64,000 bases of DNA from Rebecca billardiae RCC1528 (lineage: Eukaryota > Protista > Haptophyta), in NCBI GenBank assembly GCA_965240325.2, contig OZ251227.1, positions 2,604,001-2,668,000 on the forward strand, read 5' to 3'. Position 1 is the stretch's first letter. Each line of letters starts with the position of its first letter. The notes beneath the pieces are model-generated. The model was given only the letters and a program-made list of their open reading frames with translations. It did not search any database and was not told where the DNA came from. Of this stretch, positions 1 through 12,800 are shown one piece after another. A program made the position numbers and the translations under genes.

Positions 1-3000
1 TGAGCGCGAGCCCGCGCGCGTTCACCGCCCAGCCCGCGAAGGCGCGGTGCTGCGAGCGCTTCGACCAGCGGCCGAGAGCGACGTCCAGCGTGCCGCGCGC
101 CGCGGCGCTCCGCCGGTGGTCGTCGCGCCACGCGTCGAAGAGCCGCGCCTGCGCGCCGTGCACCCAGCTGCGCGCCGCGTGCCGTGCGAGGGCGCGCTCG
201 CGCGCGCGCGCCGCCCAGCCGTCGAACGCGGCGTGCTGCGCGCGCAGCGTCCACCGGCCGAGTGACGCGCCGAGCGACGCGCGCGCCTCGCCCAGCGCGC
301 GCGCGCCGAGCGCCCACGCGCGGAAGAGCCGCGCGCTCTCGCCGTGCAGGAACGTGCGCGCGCCGCGCAGCAGCAGCGCGCGCGACGCCGCCTCCGCGTC
401 CCAGCTGCGCCACGACGCGCGCAGCGAGCGCTGCGACCAGTGCGCCACCGTCGCGCCCAGCGTCGCGCGCATCGCCTCCCTCGCGCGGTGGTCGTCGCGC
501 CACGCGTCGAAGAGCCGCGCCTGCGCGCCGTGCGTGAACGCGCGCACGGCGTGCCGCACGAGCCCGCGCTCGCGCGCGTTCTCCGCCCAGCCGCCAAACG
601 CTGCGCGCAGCGTGCGCTGCGACCACCGCCCGGCGGCGGGCTCGAGCAGCGACAGCGCCTCGCGCAGCGCGCGCGCCCAGTCGGACCAGCCGAGGAACGC
701 GCGAGCCAGGCCGCCCTTCATCGCGACCACGAGGGCGCGCCGCTGCAACTCGCGCGCGCGCACCTCGGCCGCCCACAGGGACCACGTCGCCAGCAGCGAC
801 CCCGCCGCCCAGCGCTCGACAGAGGAGTCGAGCGTGCGCAGCGCGGAGGCGCGCGCCGCGCTGAACTCCATCCAGCACGAGAGCGCGCGCGCGAGCGCGC
901 CGCCCATGAAGCGGCGCACGCCAGAGCGCAGCAGCTGCGCGCGCGATGCGGCCTCGTCCCACGAGCGCCACGCCTTGTGCACCGAGGCCAGCTCCCAGCG
1001 CACCATCACCACGGCCGCGCGCTCGAGCACGGACAGCTGCGCCACCGCCGTCCGCTTCCACGACGCGAACGCAAAGCCCACGCCCGTGACGGGGCCCTCC
1101 ACGAGCGCGGTGGCGGCGAACATGAGCTGCGCGCGCTGCGTCGCGAACACAGTCCACGCGCGCCACGCACGGCCCTGCGCCATCGAGGCGAACGCGCGCG
1201 CCGGCGCGGCGAGCAGCTCGCGCGCGCGCGCCAGCTCGGCCACGCCCGCGCGCCACACGTCAAAGAGCCGCGCCTGCGCGCCGTGCACCCAGTCGCGCGC
1301 CGAGCGGCGCAGCAGCGCGCGCCCGTGCGCGTTGTCCGCCCAGCCCGCAAACGCGAACGACTGCGAGCGCTTCGACCAGCGGCCGAGCGCCGTGCCCAGC
1401 GTGCCGCGAGCGTCGCGCACCGCGCGCGCGCCGGATACCCAGCGGTGGTACAGCCGCGCCGACTCGCCGTGCACCAACGCCTGCGCGGAACGACGCGCGA
1501 GCGCGCGCTCGCGCGCGCGCGCCGCCCAGCCGTCGAACGCGGCGTGCTGCGCGCGCAGCGTCCACCGGCCGAGCGACACGCCGAGCGACGTGCGCGCCTC
1601 GCCCAGCGCGCGCGCGCCGAGCGCCCACGCGCGGAAGAGCCGCGCGCTCTCGCCGTGCAGGAACGTGCGCGCGCCGCGCAGCAGCAGCGCGCGCGACGCC
1701 GCCTCCGCGTCCCAGCTGCGCCATGATGCGCGCAGCGAGCGCTGCGACCAGTGCGCCACCGTCGCGCCCAGCGTCGCGCGCATCGCCACCTTCGCGCGGT
1801 GGTCGTCGCGCCACGCGTCGAAGAGCCGCGCCTGCGCGCCGTGCGTGAACGTGCGTACGGCGCGCCGCACGAGCCCGCGCTCACGCGCGTTCTCCGCCCA
1901 GCCGCCAAACGCGGCGTGCAGCGTGCGCTGCGACCACCGACCCGCCGCCGGCTCGAGCAGCGACAGCGCGTCGCGCAGCGCGCGCGCCCAGTCGGACCAG
2001 CCGAGGAACGCGCGAGCCAGGCCGCCCTTCATCGCGACCACGAGGGCGCGCCGCTGCAACTCGCGCGCGCGCACCTCGGCCGCCCACAGGGACCACGTCG
2101 CCAGCAGCGACCCCGCCGCCCAGCGCTCGACAGAGGAGTCGAGCGTGCGCAGCGCGGAGGCGCGCGCGGATGAAAACTCCGTCCAGCACGAGAGCGCGCG
2201 CGCGAGCGCGCCGCCCATGAAGCGGCGCACGCCAGAGCGCAGCAGCTGCGCGCGCGACGCGGCCTCGTCCCACGAGCGCCACGCCTTGTGCACCGACGCC
2301 AGCTCCCAGCGCACCATCACCACGGCCGCGCGCTCGAGCACGGACAGCTGCGCCACCGCCGTCCGCTTCCACGACGCGAACGCAAAGCCCACGCCGGTGA
2401 CGGGGCCCTCCACGAGCGCGGTGGCGGCGAACATGAGCTGCGCGCGCTGCGTCGCGAACACAGTCCACGCGCGCCACGCGCGGCCCTGCGCCATCGAGGC
2501 GAACGCGCGCGCCGGCGCGGCGAGCAGCTCTCGCGCGCGCGCCAGCTCGGCCACGCCCGCGCGCCACACGTCAAAGAGCCGCGCCTGCGCGCCGTGCACC
2601 CAGTCGCGCGCGGTGCGGCGGATGAGCGCGAGCCCGCGCGCGTTGTCCGCCCAGCCCGCGAAGGCGCGGTGCTGCGAGCGCTTCGACCAGCGGCCGAGCG
2701 CGACGTCCAGCGTGCCGCGCGCGGCGGCGCGCCGCCGGTGGTCGTCGCACCACGCGTCGAAGAGTCGCGCCTGCGCGCCGTGCACCCAGCTGCGCGCCGC
2801 GTGCCGTGCGAGGGCGCGCTCGCGCGCGCGCGCCGCCCAGCCGCCAAACGCGGCGTGCTGCGCGCGCAGCGTCCACCGGCCGAGTGACGCGCCGAGCGAC
2901 GCGCGCGCCTCGCCCAGCGCGCGCGCGCCGAGCGCCCACGCGCGGAAGAGCCGCGCGCTCTCGCCGTGCAGGAACGTGCGCGCGCCGCGCAGCAGCAGCG

Positions 3001-6000
3001 CGCGCGACGCCGCCTCCGCGTCCCAGCTGCGCCACGACGCGCGCAGCGAGCGCTGCGACCAGTGCGCCACCGTCGCGCCCAGCGTCGCGCGCATCGCCTC
3101 CCTCGCGCGGTGGTCGTCGCGCCACGCGTCGAAGAGCCGCGCCTGCGCGCCGTGCGTGAACGCGCGCACGGCGTGCCGCACGAGCCCGCGCTCGCGCGCG
3201 TTCTCCGCCCAGCCGCCAAACGCTGCGTGCAGCGTGCGCTGCGACCACCGCCCGGCGGCGGGCTCGAGCAGCGACAGCGCCTCGCGCAGCGCGCGCGCCC
3301 AGTCGGACCAGCCGAGGAACGCGCGAGCCAGGCCGCCCTTCATCGCGACCACGAGGGCGCGCCGCTGCAACTCGCGCGCGCGCACCTCGGCCGCCCACAG
3401 GGACCACGTCGCCAGCAGCGACCCCGCCGCCCAGCGCTCGACAGAGGAGTCGAGCGTGCGCAGCGCGGAGGCGCGCGCCGCGCTGAACTCCATCCAGCAC
3501 GAGAGCGCGCGCGCGAGCGCGCCGCCCATGAAGCGGCGCACGCCAGAGCGCAGCAGTTGCGCGCGGGATGCGGCCTCGTCCCACGAGCGCCACGCCTTGT
3601 GCACCGAGGCCAGCTCCCAGCGCACCATCACCACGGCCGCACGCTCGAGCACGGACAGCTGCGCCACCGCCGTCCGCTTCCACGACGCGAACGCAAAGCC
3701 CACGCCCGTGACGGGGCCCTCCACGAGCGCGGTGGCGGCGAACATGAGCTGCGCGCGCTGCGTCGCGAACACAGTCCACGCGCGCCACGCGCGGCCCTGC
3801 GCCATCGAGGCGAACGCGCGCGCCGGCGCGGCGAGCAGCTCTCGCGCGCGCGCCAGCTCGGCCACGCCCGCGCGCCACACGTCAAAGAGCCGCGCCTGCG
3901 CGCCGTGCACCCAGTCGCGCGCGGAGCGGCGCAGCAGCGAGATGCCGCGCGCGTTCGCCGCCCAGCCCGCAAACGCGAACGACTGCGAGCGCGAAGTCCA
4001 CTTGTGCACCGCCGTGCCCAGCGTGCCGCGAGCGTCGCGCACCGCGCGCGCGCCGGACACCCAGCGGTGGTACAGCCGCGCCGACTCGCCGTGCACAAAC
4101 GCCTGCGCGGAACGACGCGCGAGCGCGCGCTCGCGCGCGCGCGCCGCCCAGCCGTCGAACGCGGCGTGCTGCGAGCGCAGCGTCCACCGGCCGAGCGACA
4201 CGCCGAGCGACGCGCGCATGGCGCCCAGCGCGCGCGCGCCGAGCGCCCACGCGCGGAAGAGCCGCGCGCTCTCGCCGTGCAGGAACGTGCGCGCGCCGCG
4301 CAGCAGCAGCGCGCGCGACGCCGCCTCCGCGTCCCAGCTGCGCCACGACGCGCGCAGCGAGCGCTGCGACCAGTGCACCACCGTCGCGCCCAGCGTCGCG
4401 CGCATCGCCTCCTTCGCGCGGTGGTCGTCGCGCCACGCGTCGAAGAGCCGCGCCTGCGCGCCGTGCGTGAACGTGCGCACGGCGCGCCGCACGAGCCCGC
4501 GCTCGCGCGCGTTCTCCGCCCAGCCGCCAAACGCGGCGTGCAGCGCGCGCTGCGACCACCGACCCGCGGCGGGCTCGAGCAGCGACAGCGCCTCGCGCAG
4601 CGCGCGCGCCCAGTCGGACCAGCCGAAGAACGCGCGGCCCAACCCGCCCTTCATCGCGACCACGAGGGCGCGCCGCCGCAGGAAGAGCGAGCGCGTCTCG
4701 TCGAGCCAGAGCAGCCACGTCGACAGCAGCGTCTGCATCGCCCAGCGCTCGACCGACGCGTCGAGCGACTGCAGCGCGGAGGCGCGCGCGGATGCAAACT
4801 CCATCCAGCACGAGAGCGCGCGCGAAAGCGCGCCGCCGATGAAGCGGCTCACGCCCGCGCGCAGCAGCTGCGCGCGCGACGCCGCCTCCTCCCACGAGCG
4901 CCACGCCTTGTGCACGAGCGCGCGCTCCCAGCGCGCGAGCACCGCGGACGCGCGCTCGAGCACCGAGCGCCGCACGCCACGCGCGCGCCGCAGGGCCTCG
5001 AACGCGCCGCCCACGCCGGCGACGGGGCCCTCGACGAGCGCCACGGCGCCAGCGCGCAGCCGGGCGCGCTGGTACGCGAAGAGGCCCCACGCGCGCCACG
5101 CGCGGCCCTGCGACATGGTCGCGAAGGCGCGGGCGGGCGCGGCGAGCAGCATGCGCGCGCGCGCCAGCTCGGCCACATCCGCGCGCCACACGTCGAAGAG
5201 CCGCGCCTGCGCGCCGTGCGCCCAGTCGCGCGCCGAGCGGCGCAGCAGCCACAGCCCGCGCGCATTGTCCGCCCAGCCCGCCAGCGCAAAGTGCAGCGAG
5301 CGCTTCGACCAGCGGCCGAGGGCCACGTCCAGCGTGCCGCGCGCGGCGACGCGCCGCCGGTGGTCGTCGCGCCACGCGTCGAAGAGCCGCGCCTGCGCGC
5401 CGTGCACCCAGCTGCGCGCCGCGTGCCGCGTGAGCGCGCGCTCGCGCGCGCGTGCCGCCCAGCCGTCGAACGCGGCGGCCTGCGAGCGCAGCGCCCACCG
5501 GCCAAGCGACACGCCCAGCGATGCGCGCGCCTCGCCCAGCACGCGCGCGCCGAGCGCCCACGCGCGGAAGAGCCGCGCGCTCTCGCCGTGCAGGAACGTG
5601 CGCGCGCCGCGCAGCAGCAGCGCGCGCGACGCTGCCTCCGCGTCCCAGCTGCGCCACGACGCGCGCAGCGAGCGCTGCGACCAGTGCGCCACCGTCGCGC
5701 CCAGCGTCAGGCGCATCGCCTCCCTCGCGCGGTGGTCGTCGCGCCACGCGTCGAAGAGCCGCGCCTGCGCGCCGTGCACCCAGCTGCGCGCCGCGCGCCG
5801 CACGAGCCCGCGCTCGCGCGCGTTCTCCGCCCAGCCGCCAAACGCGGCGTGCAGCGCGCGCTGCGACCACCGACCCGCGGCGGGCTCGAGCAGCGACAGC
5901 GCCTCGCGCAGCGCGCGCGCCCAGTCGGACCAGCCGAGGAACGCGCGAGCCAGGCCGCCCTTCATCGCGACCACGAGGGCGCGCCGCTGCAATTCGCGCG

Positions 6001-9000
6001 CGCGCACCTCGGCCGCCCACAGGGACCACGTCGCCAGCAGCGACCCCGCCGCCCAGCGCTCGACAGAGGAGTCGAGCGTGCGCAGCGCGGAGGCGCGCGC
6101 CGCGCTGAACTCCATCCAGCACGAGAGCGCGCGCGCGAGCGCGCCGCCCATGAAGCGGCGCACGCCAGAGCGCAGCAGTTGCGCGCGGGATGCGGCCTCG
6201 TCCCACGAGCGCCACGCCTTGTGCACCGAGGCCAGCTCCCAGCGCACCATCACCACGGCCGCACGCTCGAGCACGGACAGCTGCGCCACCGCCGTCCGCT
6301 TCCACGACGCGAACGCAAAGCCCACTCCCGTGACGGGGCCCTCGGCGAGCGCGGTGGCGGCGGACATGAGCTGCGCGCGCTGCGTCGCGAACACAGTCCA
6401 CGCGCGCCACGCGCGGCCCTGCGCCATCGAGGCGAACGCGCGCGCCGGCGCGGCGAGCAGCTCGCGCGCGCGCGCCAGCTCGGCCACGCCCGCGCGCCAC
6501 ACGTCAAAGAGCCGCGCCTGCGCGCCGTGCACCCAGTCGCGCGCCGAGCGGCGGATGAGCGCGAGCCCGTGCGCGTTGTCCGCCCAGCCCGCGAAGGCGC
6601 GGTGCTGCGAGCGCTTCGACCAGCGGCCGAGCGCGACGTCCAGCGTGCCGCGCGCGGCGGCGCGCCGCCGGTGGTCGTCGCGCCACGCGTCGAAGAGCCG
6701 CGCCTGCGCACCGTGCACCCAGCTGCGCGCCGCGTGCCGCGTGAGCGCGCGCTCGCGCGCGCGCGCCGCCCAGCCGTCGAACGCGGCGTGCTGTGCACGC
6801 AGCGTCCACCGGCCGACCGACGCGCCGAGCGACGCGCGCGCCTCGCCCAGCGCGCGCGCGCCGAGCGCCCACGCGCGGAAGAGCCGCGCGCTCTCGCCGT
6901 GTAGGAACGTGCGCGCGCCGCGCAGCAGCAGCGCGCGCGACGCCGCCTCCGCGTCCCAGCTGCGCCACGACGCGCGCAGCGAGCGCTGCGACCAGTGCGC
7001 CACCGTCGCGCCCAGCGTCGCGCGCATCGCCTCCCTCGCGCGGTGGTCGTCGCGCCACGCGTCGAAGAGCCGCGCCTGCGCGCCGTACGTGAACGTGCGC
7101 ACGGCGCGCCGCACGAGCCCGCGCTCGCGCGCGTTCTCCGCCCAGCCGCCAAACGCGGCGTGCAGCGCGCGCTGCGACCACCGACCCGCGGCGGGCTCGA
7201 GCAGAGCGAGCGCGTCGCGCAGCGCGCGCGCCCAGTCGGACCAGCCGAGGAACGCGCGAGCCAGGCCGCCCTTCATCGCGACCACGAGGGCGCGCCGCTG
7301 CAACTCGCGCGCGCGCACCTCGGACGCCCACAGGGACCACGTCGCCAGCAGCGACCCCGCCGCCCAGCGCTCGACAGAGGAGTCGAGCGTGCGCAGCGCG
7401 GAGGCGCGCGCGGATGCAAACTCCATCCAGCACGAGAGCGCGCGCGAGAGCGCGCCGCCGATGAAGCGGCTCACGCCCGCGCGCAGCAGCTGCGCGCGCG
7501 ACGCCGCCTCCTCCCACGAGCGCCACGCCTTGTGCACGAGCGCGCGCTCCCAGCGCGCGAGCACCGCGGACGCGCGCTCGAGCACCGAGCGCCGCACGCC
7601 ACGAGCGCGCCGCAGGGCCTCGAACGCGCCGCCCACGCCGGCGACGGGGCCCTCGACGAGCGCCACGGTGCCAGCGCGCAGCCGGGCGCGCTGGTACGCG
7701 AAGAGGCCCCACGCGCGCCACGCGCGGCCCTGCGACATGGTCGCGAAGGCGCGGGCGGGCGCGGCGAGCAGCATGCGCGCGCGCGCCAGCTCGGCCACAT
7801 CCGCGCGCCACACGTCGAAGAGCCGCGCCTGCGCGCCGTGCGCCCAGTCGCGCGCCGAGCGGCGCAGCAGCCACAGCCCGCGCGCATTGTCCGCCCAGCC
7901 CGCGAGCGCAAAGTGCAGCGAGCGCTTCGACCAGCGGCGGAGAGCCACGTCCAGCGTGCCGCGCGCGACGGCGCGCCGCCGGTGGTCGTCGCGCCACGTG
8001 TCGAAGAGCCGCGCCTGCGCGCCGTGCACCCAGCTGCGCGCCGCGTGCCGCGTGAGCGCGCGCTCGCGCGCGCGCGCCGCCCAGCCGTCGAACGCGGCGT
8101 GCTGCGAGCGCAGCGCCCACCGGCCGAGCGACGTGCCCAGCGACGCGCGCATGTCGCCCAGCGCGCGCGCGCCGAGCGCCCACGCGCGGAAGAGCCGCGC
8201 GCTCTCGCCGTGCAGGAACGTGCGCGCGCCGCGCAGCAGCAGCGCGCGCGACGCCGCCTCCGCGTCCCAGCTGCGCCACGACGCGCGCAGCGAGCGCTGC
8301 GACCAGTGCGCCACCGTCGCGCCCAGCGTCGCGCGCATCGCCTCCCTCGCGCGGTGGTCGTCGCGCCACGCGTCGAAGAGCCGCGCCTGCGCGCCATGCA
8401 CCCAGCTGCGCGCCGCGCGCCGCACGAGCCCGCGCTCGCGCGCGTTCTCCGCCCAGCCGCCAAACGCGGCGTGCAGCGCGCGCTGCGACCACCGACCCGC
8501 GGCGGGCTCGAGCAGCGACAGCGCCTCGCGCAGCGCGCGCGCCCAGTCGGACCAGCCGAGGAACGCGCGAGCCAGGCCGCCCTTCATCGCGACCACGAGG
8601 GCGCGCCGCTGCAACTCGCGCGCGCGCACCTCGGCCGCCCACACGGACCACGTCGCCAGCAGCGACCCCGCCGCCCAGCGCTCGACAGAGGAGTCGAGCG
8701 TGCGCAGCGCGGAGGCGCGCGCCGCGCTGAACTCCGTCCAGCACGAGAGCGCGCGCACGAGCGCGCCGCCGATGAAGCGGCGCACGCCAGAGCGCAGCAG
8801 CTGCGCGCGCGACGCGGCCTCGTCCCACGAGCGCCACGCCTTGTGCACCGAGGCCAGCTCCCAGCGCACCATCACCACGGCCGCGCGCTCGAGCACGGAC
8901 AGCTGCGCCATCGCCGTCCGCTTCCACGACGCGAACGCAAAGCCCACGCCCGTGACGGGGCCCTCGGCGAGCGCGGTGGCGGCGGACATGAGCTGCGCGC

Positions 9001-9870
9001 GCTGCATCGCGAACACAGTCCACGCGCGCCACGCGCGGCCCTGCGCCATCGAGGCGAACGCGCGCGCCGGCGCGGCGAGCAGCTCTCGCGCGCGCGCCAG
9101 CTCGGCCACGCCCGTGCGCCACACGTCAAAGAGCCGCGCCTGCGCGCCGTGCACCCAGTCGCGCGCCGAGCGGCGGATGAGCGCGAGCCCGTGCGCGTTG
9201 TCCGCCCAGCCCGCGAAGGCGCGGTGCTGCGAGCGCTTCGACCAGCGGCCGAGGGCCACGTCCAGCGTGCCGCGCGCGGCGGCGCGCCGCCGGTGGTCGT
9301 CGCGCCACGTGTCGAAGAGCCGCGCCTGCGCGCCGTGCACCCAGCTTCGGGCCGCATTCCGCGTGAGTGCGCGCTCGCGCGCGCGCGCCGCCCAGCCGTC
9401 GAACGCGGCATGCTGCGAGCGCAGCGCCCACCGGCCGACCGACGCGCCGAGCGACGCGCGCATGTCGCCCAGCGCGCGCGCGCCGAGCGCCCACGCGCGG
9501 AAGAGCCGCGCGCTCTCGCCGTGCAGGAACGTGCGCGCGCCGCGCAGCAGCAGCGCGCGCGACGCTGCCTCCGCGTCCCAGCTGCGCCACGACGCGCGCA
9601 GCGAGCGCTGCGACCAGTGCGCCACCGTCGCGCCCAGCGTCGCGCGCATCGCCTCCCTCGCGCGGTGGTCGTCGCGCCACGCGTCGAAGAGCCGCGCCTG
9701 CGCGCCGTGCGTGAACGTGCGCACGGCGCGCCGCACGAGCCCGCGCTCGCGCGCGTTCTCCGCCCAGCCGCCAAACGCGGCGTGCAGCGCGCGCTGCGAC
9801 CACCGACCCGCGGCGGGCTCGAGCAGCGACAGCGCCTCGCGCAGCGCGCGCGCCCAGTCGGACCAGCGGT
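1..9870 (-). repeat. Coding tandem array, 1311 bp (437 aa) unit, ~7.5 copies, continuing off the left edge
   Basis: The sequence at 1 recurs at 2623. Shadow ORFs recur at 1006/2317/3628/6250/8872 and 1260/2571/3882/6504/9126, all multiples of 1311 apart. One unit = 14 W-terminated repeats (7x33 + 6x29 + 1x32 = 437 aa). Confidence 0.95.
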
Positions 9871-12800
9871 GGTAGAGCCGCGCGGAGGCGCCGAAGGCGA
9901 AGGCCTGCGCCGCGCGCCGGCGCAGCCCGCGCGAGCGCGCGCCGGCCGCCCAGCTGCCAAAGGCGCCGGCGACGGCCGCGCTCACCCAGCGGCGCAGCGA
10001 CGCGTCGAGCGCGGCGCGCGCCGCGTGCGCCGCGGCCGCGTGGCCGCGCCAGCTGTCGAACGCGTGCGCCGCGCTGCCGGCGCGCCAGCGGCGCAGCCCG
10101 CGGCTCAGGCTGGCTCGGAGCACGCTGTGCTCCGCCCAGCCGCGCCACGACGCGCGGCGCGCGCGGTCGCCCCACATCTCGAGCGCGCCGCCGAGCGCCT
10201 CGCGCGCGGCGCCCGCGCGAGCGGCCGCGCCCTCCCACGCGCGCAGCGCGCGCGCGGCCGCGGCGTGCACCCAGCGCCGCGCGGCCGCGTGGAGGAAGGC
10301 GCCGGCGCGGCCGTGCGCGTGCAGCTTGCCGAGCGCGCGCGCGGCGCCGGCGAGCCGCCAGTGCCGCGCCGCGGCGAAGAGCCGGCGGTGCTCGCGCGAG
10401 ACCGCCGCCCAGGCGCGCCACACGCCGCGCGCGCGCACGTCGACGGCCGCGTTGACCACGTCGAGCGCGCGCGCGAACGCGCGCGCGCGCACGCGCCAGT
10501 GGCGCCACGAGCGCTGCACGGCGTCGACGACGCGCGCCGCGTCGAAGGCGCGCGCCGCCTCGCCGAGCGCGCGCGTCGGCGGCGCGCCGAGCAGCGCGCG
10601 CAGCGCGCGCGACGCGGCGGACGCGGCGGCGTGCGCGCGCGTGGTCGCGCGCGCCGCGCGGCGCACGCGCGCGAGCGCGGCGCCGTCGCGCCACGCGCCG
10701 AGCGCGCGGCCCGCCTGCGACGCGCCGCGGTGCGAGCGGACGAGCAGCGTGCGCGCGCGGTCGAGCGCGCGCAGCTCGAGCGCGTCGCGCCAGATGCGCA
10801 GCGCGGCGTGCACGCGCGCGACCGCGGCGCGCGCCTCGTCGGCGCGCGCGCCGCGCGCCGCGGCCGCGGCCGCGCGCCACGCGCCGAGCGCGCCGAGCGC
10901 GCCGCGCAGGCCCCAGAGTGCGGCGGCGTGCGCGAGCTGCGCGGCGCCGAGCGCGCGCAGCCGCGCGAAGCCGGCCCACGTGCGCAGCGCGCGCGCCGCG
11001 CCGCGGCCGAGCAGCGCGCGCGCCGCGCCGCGGCCGAGCTCCGCCGCGAGCGCGCGCGGCGCCCACGCGCGCCACGCGCGCGCGAGCGACGCGCGCGCCC
11101 ACGCGCGCAGCGCCTCGCCGAGCACGGCGCGCACGTCGTCCGACGCGCGGAGCGCGGCGCGCCAGCCGCGCAGCGCGCGCGCGGCGGCGGCGAGCGCCCA
11201 CGCGAGCAGCGCGCCGCGCAGCAGCTCGGACTCGGCGGCGCGCTCGAGCCAGCGCGCGAGCGCCGCGCGCGGCGCGCGCGACGCCCACGCATGCAGCGCG
11301 GCGGCGAGCGCGGCCTCCGCGCCGAGCGCCGCGCTCACGGCGCGCGTCCACGCGATGAAGCCGCGCGCGAGCCGGCCGCCCGCGAGCCGGCCGAGCGCGA
11401 CGCGGCCGAGCGTGCGGCCGCGCGCGCGGTGGTCCCACGCGAGCCACGCGCGCCGCGCCGCGCGCGCGCCGAGCGCGCCGCGCAGCGCGGCCGCGGGCTC
11501 GCGCAGCGCGGCGCGCGGCGCGGCGCCGTCCGCCCACGCGCCGAGCGCGGCGCGCAGCGCGGCCGCGGCCGAGCGGCCGAGCAGCTGCGCCGCCGCGCCG
11601 CGCAGCGCGTGCTGCGCCGCGGCCTCGGCGCGCCAGCCCGCCCACGAGCGCCAGAGCGCGCGCTGCGTCCAGTGCGCGAGCGGCGCGGCGAGCGCCGCGA
11701 GCGCCGCGGCGCGCCGCCGGTGGTCGTCGCGCCACGCGTCGAAAAGCCGCGCCTGCGCGCCGTGCACCCAGCTGCGCGCCGCGCGCCGTGCGAGGGCGCG
11801 CTCGCGCGCGGCCGCCGCCCAGCCGCCAAACGCGGCGTGCTGCGAGCGCATCGTCCAGCGCGCGAGCGCGCGCGCGGCGCGCGCGCGCGCGAGGCGCGCG
11901 CCCGCCGCGGCGTCCGCCCACGCGTGGTACAGCCGCGCGCTCTCGCCGTGCGCAAACGCCTGCGCCGCGCGCCGCTGCAGCGCGCGCGCGCGCGCGCCGT
12001 CGGCCCAGCCGCGCCACGCGGCGCGCAGCGTGCGCTGACTCCAGTGCGCGAGCGGCGAGGCGAGCACGCGCGCGGCGTGGCGCGCGGCGGCGGCCGACGC
12101 GCGCCAGACGTCGAGCAGCCGCCCGAGCGCGCCGTGCACCCAGTCGCGCGCCGAGCGGCGCAGCAGCGCGCGCCCGCGCGCGTTCTCCGCCCAGCCGCCG
12201 AGCGCGAACGCCTGCGAGCGCAGCGTCCAGCGGCCGAGCGCGGCGTCGAGCGCCGCGCGCGCGCCGCGCACGAGCTTCGCGCCCGCGGCCCAGCGGTGGT
12301 AGAGCCGCGCGGACTCGCCAAAGGCGAACGCCTGGCCTGCGCGCCGCTTGAGGCCGCGCTCGCGAGCGCTCTCCGCCCAGCCGCCGAACGCCGCCGCCTG
12401 CGCGCGCATCGACCAGCGGCCGAGCGACGCGCCGAGCGCCGCGCGCGCGGCGCCGCGCGCGGCCGCGCCCTCGGCCCAGCGGCGAAGCGCGAGCCCGCAC
12501 GCGCCGCCGTGCCACAGCGCGGCGCTCGCGCGCGCGAGCGCGACGAGCGCGGCGCGCTCGGCCCACGCGCGCCACGCGCGGTGCACCGCGGCGTGCTCCC
12601 AGCGCACCACGACCGCGGCGGCGCGACCCAGAACGTCGAGCCGCGCGCGCGTGCTCGCCGCCCAGCCGTCGAACGCGGCCGCGGCCGGGCCGGCGACGAG
12701 CGCGCGCGCGCCCGCGCGCAGCCGGCGGCGGTCGTCGGCGTGCGCGCGCCACGCGCGCCACGCGCGGCCGTGCGCGGCGCGCGCCCAGCGGCCGAGCGCG

